The notes beneath the pieces were generated by a model. That model was not told where the DNA came from and did no database searches. It saw only the letters and a program-made list of their open reading frames with translations. Position numbers and translations under genes: made by a program. DNA of 63,972 nucleotides, counting the filler, from Malassezia furfur (Eukaryota), in the NCBI GenBank assembly GCA_052055015.1. It is 5 parts of 5 records of this genome, joined end to end, with 100 filler letters (N's around TTAATTAATTAA, not from the genome) between each part and the next. Parts side by side here need not be neighbours in the genome. Positions count along the whole stretch, not along the records: positions 53,271 to 63,972 come from JBQJIT010000387.1; 4 more parts are not named here. One strand, written 5' to 3'. Shown in pieces: positions 60,751 to 63,972 of this stretch. Numbering within the stretch: position 1 is the first letter of the stretch; each line of letters starts with the position of its first letter.

Positions 60751-61791
60751 ATGTCTACCGACAAGATCACGTTTCTGCTCAACTGGCATGCGACGCCGTA
60801 CCATGCGCCGATCTACCTGGCGCAGTCCAAGGGGTACTTTGCCGAGGAATGTATCCGTGTGGCTCTGCTGGAGCCTAACGATCCCTCGGATGTGACCGAG
60901 ATCATCGGTTCAGGCCGCGTGGACATGGGCACCAAGGCCATGATCCACACGATCGCCGGCAATGCGCGTGGCTTTCCCATCCAGTCGATCGGGACGCTGT
61001 TGGACGAGCCGTTTACGGGTGTCATCTACCTCGAGGGCTCCGGCATCACCCCAGACTTCCACAGCCTGAAAGGTAAGCGCATCGGCTACGTGGGCGAATT
61101 TGGCAAGATCCAGATTGATGAGTTGACGCGGCACTTTGGCATGACGCCCGCCGACTACACTGCGGTGCGTGTGGGAATGAACGTGAGTGATGCCATTAAG
61201 CGTGGCGACATCGATGCTGGAATTGGTCTAGAGAATGTGCAAATGGTTGAGCTGGAAGAGTGGTGCAAGGGGCAAGGGCGCCCCCCCACGGACGTCAAGA
61301 TGCTTCGCATCGATGAACTGGCCGAGTTAGGCTGTTGCTGCTTCTGTTCCATCCTGTATATTGCCAACGAGTCCTTCCTGCATGCACAACCTGAAAAAGC
61401 AAAGGCATTTATGCGTGCCATCAAGAAGGCGACCGACTTTGTGCACCGGGAACCTGTGCAAGCCTGGAAGGAGTACAAAGTGTTCAAGAAATCGATGAAC
61501 ACGTTTGAAAACGAAAAGATTTTCGAGCGCTCGTTTGTGTACCTGAGCAAGGACTGTGCCAACGTGCCGCGCGACTGGAACAAGGTGACCAGCTACTGCA
61601 AGCGTCTGGGTGTGGTCAAGCCCGATTTCCAGCAGAACATGACGAACAAGTTCCTATCGTGGAGCCTGGACCCCGAGGACCCTGATCCTGCCGCGAAGCA
61701 ACTGGCTATTGCGCTGCACCAAAAAGAGGTCTCAGTGCAAGGCGGTGTACTGCATGCCAAGGCGCCACTAAAGTCGACGGTTGCGGCCTAA
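60751..61791 (+). CDS. THI5: HMP-P synthase Thi5/Nmt1 (thiamine pyrimidine synthesis)
   Basis: MSTDKITFLLNWHATPYH, KAMIH (PLP Lys and substrate His), GYVGEFG, GCCCFCS. Confidence 0.97.
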   Translation: MSTDKITFLLNWHATPYHAPIYLAQSKGYFAEECIRVALLEPNDPSDVTEIIGSGRVDMGTKAMIHTIAGNARGFPIQSIGTLLDEPFTGVIYLEGSGITPDFHSLKGKRIGYVGEFGKIQIDELTRHFGMTPADYTAVRVGMNVSDAIKRGDIDAGIGLENVQMVELEEWCKGQGRPPTDVKMLRIDELAELGCCCFCSILYIANESFLHAQPEKAKAFMRAIKKATDFVHREPVQAWKEYKVFKKSMNTFENEKIFERSFVYLSKDCANVPRDWNKVTSYCKRLGVVKPDFQQNMTNKFLSWSLDPEDPDPAAKQLAIALHQKEVSVQGGVLHAKAPLKSTVAA

Positions 61792-62012
61792 TGCGGGGCA
61801 CTGCGCAGAGGCGGTTTATTTTTTTTAAAAAAAAAAAATCATTTTTTTCTTGGAAAATGATTCTACGCGTCCGCTAGGTCTTTTTGCCAAATAGATTCAC
61901 GATACACCGAGACAGCATTGAATTGCATACTGGGATGCCATGTACCGCGAACTGACGTGTGCGGTGTTTCCTGCACCTCCCACATGAACGCGCGTGACCT
62001 GGATTGCCTCAT

Positions 62013-63017
62013 CTATTTGGAATGGATGGAATCTGCCGAGTACCTCGACATAGCTGCGATCTGAATGCTTTCGGAGAATGGATCCTCCATCAGCGTGTCG
62101 GGCGTGGTCGCCTCAGGCAACAAGCTGCGCCGCGTGCGCAAATGCGAGGGGATGCGCACGAGCTCGACGCGCCCCTGCACAAGCTGGATGCGTGTCGGGA
62201 CCGTCGGGGTGCGGCGGCTCGTACGTCCACTGTTCGTCCGTGCGCTGGACGTCTGGCGCGAGATCCGCTCCGAGTCCCATGAGCCGTAGTCTGAGTGGTC
62301 CTCGTACTCGTCAACGAGGTCGTTGAGGAAGGCATAAAATGTGCTATCGCGGCATGACTCGTCGGCACGCGCCGGGGGATAGGGCTGATTCCGTGGCCCT
62401 GAACACCGGCGCGGCGAGCGCACTTCAAAGCTGGACGCGGCGCGCGGAAGCGCGGCATGAAGATGCGGCGGGTCCGGCGTCGCATTCGAGGGTGGAACGG
62501 GTGACCCACTGATGGTCGGCATGGCATCCCAGCGGCGGTACGCGGCGCGGACCCGGTGGGGTGTTTCGGGCGGCTCGGCCATCTCGGTGATGCGCCAGAG
62601 GTCGTGACTTGAAGCCGGGGCGACCGTGCCCGGCGCGGTGCGTGGCTTTGGGAACGAGTGGGGTGAGCGTTCTGGGATATCTTCTGCATGCAGTTGAGGC
62701 GACATGAGGACCGACGGCGGCATGGGCGGCAGCGTCGGCCGCGGCGAGGGCGGGGGGAGGAGTGGCATGGTTTTCTGGAGGCGGCGGTAGAGCAAGTAGA
62801 GTCCGCCCACGAGCAGAATCGCACCGAGGCACCCGCCCACGGCGGCGCCTATCACTGCATCATGCGCGCCACTCGATCCTGCGTCCGGAACACACACGTT
62901 CGCTGGGCACGTATCGCACGAGAGCGGATAACTCTGCTGGCACACCTCGTGCTCGGCGCACGGTGGGCACGGTGGGATCTCGGCGCAGTCCGCACACCCC
63001 GTCCACGACTCCAGCAT
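62013..63017 (-). CDS. OPY2: Opy2-like single-pass membrane anchor (HOG/filamentation MAPK signalling)
   Basis: Eight-Cys N-terminal domain CADCAEIPPCPPCAEHEVCQQSYPLSCDTCPANVC, one TM helix, disordered cytoplasmic tail. Confidence 0.75.
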   Translation of the reverse strand: MLESWTGCADCAEIPPCPPCAEHEVCQQSYPLSCDTCPANVCVPDAGSSGAHDAVIGAAVGGCLGAILLVGGLYLLYRRLQKTMPLLPPPSPRPTLPPMPPSVLMSPQLHAEDIPERSPHSFPKPRTAPGTVAPASSHDLWRITEMAEPPETPHRVRAAYRRWDAMPTISGSPVPPSNATPDPPHLHAALPRAASSFEVRSPRRCSGPRNQPYPPARADESCRDSTFYAFLNDLVDEYEDHSDYGSWDSERISRQTSSARTNSGRTSRRTPTVPTRIQLVQGRVELVRIPSHLRTRRSLLPEATTPDTLMEDPFSESIQIAAMSRYSADSIHSK

Positions 63018-63133
63018 GCTGGTCGGGATGCATTGCGCCGTGCCGCGCGCGTCGGCGTGCGTGGGTGCCGCGCGTGTGTCGCGTCGTGATCTGTGCGCGA
63101 ATTCGGTTCGCGTGGCCCTCCACGTCGGCGCGG

Positions 63134-63682
63134 ATGGAGCGGTGCGTGGACGCGGCGCTGACGCAGGCTCACGGTACACGCGCGAGCCACGGTCGTGGCC
63201 GACGCCGACCTGCGTGGCGATATTACGATTGGGAGTGGTACGTACGGCGCGCTGACGTGGGCACCGTCGTGCATCCTCGGTGCAAGATTGATGCGACGCT
63301 CGCGCCGATCCGACTCGGCGACAATTGCCTCGTGGAGGAGGGCGCGGAGCTGGTGAGCACGGCCGCCGGGATGACGATTGGCGACGGCAACCTGTTCCGT
63401 GCCGGATGCCGTGTCTCGTCGCGCGAGATTGGCAACTGCAACGTGTTTGAGCCGCGGTGTGTCGTGGACGCGGCGTGCGTTGCGTCGTTTTGCACCGTCG
63501 GCGGGGGGTGCCAGGTCCGCGACGCCCACCTTGCCGAGCGTACCGTGGTGTATGGTGCGCCGGCTGCGCGGCGGACATGGAGCGGCGAGGGCGTCGCGCA
63601 GCGCCTCGCATTGCACGCCAAGCACCTGCAGTACCTGCGCGACACGCTGCCCCACGCACACAAACTGCGCCTCATTCGCTAA
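63134..63682 (+). CDS. DCTN6: Dynactin subunit 6 (p27), hexapeptide beta-helix, 3 exons
   Basis: MERLTVHARATVVADADLRGDITIGS|GTVVHPRCKI..PIRLGDNCLVEE..HLQYLRDTLP; introns 63142-63166 and 63238-63260 (the latter ends GG). Confidence 0.85.
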   Translation: MERCVDAALTQAHGTRASHGRGRRRPAWRYYDWEWYVRRADVGTVVHPRCKIDATLAPIRLGDNCLVEEGAELVSTAAGMTIGDGNLFRAGCRVSSREIGNCNVFEPRCVVDAACVASFCTVGGGCQVRDAHLAERTVVYGAPAARRTWSGEGVAQRLALHAKHLQYLRDTLPHAHKLRLIR

Positions 63683-63683
63683 T

Positions 63684-63972
63684 CTACAACAGGAAGCCGT
63701 CGCTACGGTCGTTTTGGTGAAGGTAGGCCGTGGCGTGGCGTGCGAGCGCGTCGCCCGAGGGCGCGGCGGGCTGCGTACGTCGGCGCGCGGGCACCGGCGC
63801 CTTGGACCGTGGCGTGCGGTGCGGCGTCGCGCGGCGCAGGGCCGGGAGCGGCGCGATGTCGGTATCGGTGGGTGCTGCTGGGACGGCAGCCGCCGGGAGC
63901 GGCGCATGGGCGAGCAGGCGCGCGGCCGACGTTGGCGGCGGGTGTAACGAACGAGTCGTGCCGTGCGAATAC
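63684..63972 (-). CDS. 3' end of an unidentified protein (5' partial)
   Basis: Frame open from the window edge to TAG at 63684, ending ..AYLHQNDRSDGFLL; stop lies 1 bp from the DCTN6 stop, like other convergent pairs here. Confidence 0.35.
   Translation of the reverse strand, partial: YSHGTTRSLHPPPTSAARLLAHAPLPAAAVPAAPTDTDIAPLPALRRATPHRTPRSKAPVPARRRTQPAAPSGDALARHATAYLHQNDRSDGFLL

Overview
GC-rich, extremely gene-dense fungal genomic DNA. Gene content (secreted LIP-family lipase, basidiomycete-type Trk, Hsk3, Opy2), compactness, tiny introns and a TTAGGA telomere point to a Malassezia yeast, probably the high-GC M. furfur group (inference). The window is five contigs joined by artificial 100-nt N/TTAATTAATTAA linkers. 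The three complete internal pieces are 13240, 13226 and 13127 bp, i.e. apparently sorted by size, so adjacency across linkers is not biological. I can support about 34 protein-coding genes, mostly housekeeping. Many are missed or broken in the ORF track because they are split by spliceosomal micro-introns: I reconstructed 36 introns by hand, all 21-29 nt (mode 22), one of which ends in GG instead of AG. Other highlights: 26-90 bp promoters built around CACGTG, convergent genes with abutting or overlapping stop codons, a triplicated Trk K+ transporter, an HP1-like protein with a degenerate aromatic cage, a Cys-cluster-rich Zn2Cys6 factor, and a telomere-proximal intronless block (lipase, bacterial-type catalase, RNase T2, bacterial-like alpha/beta hydrolase, THI5) sharing an upstream TATGGGG motif. 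No rRNA, tRNA, CRISPR or transposon was recognised. All family calls come from motif recognition by eye, not database searches.
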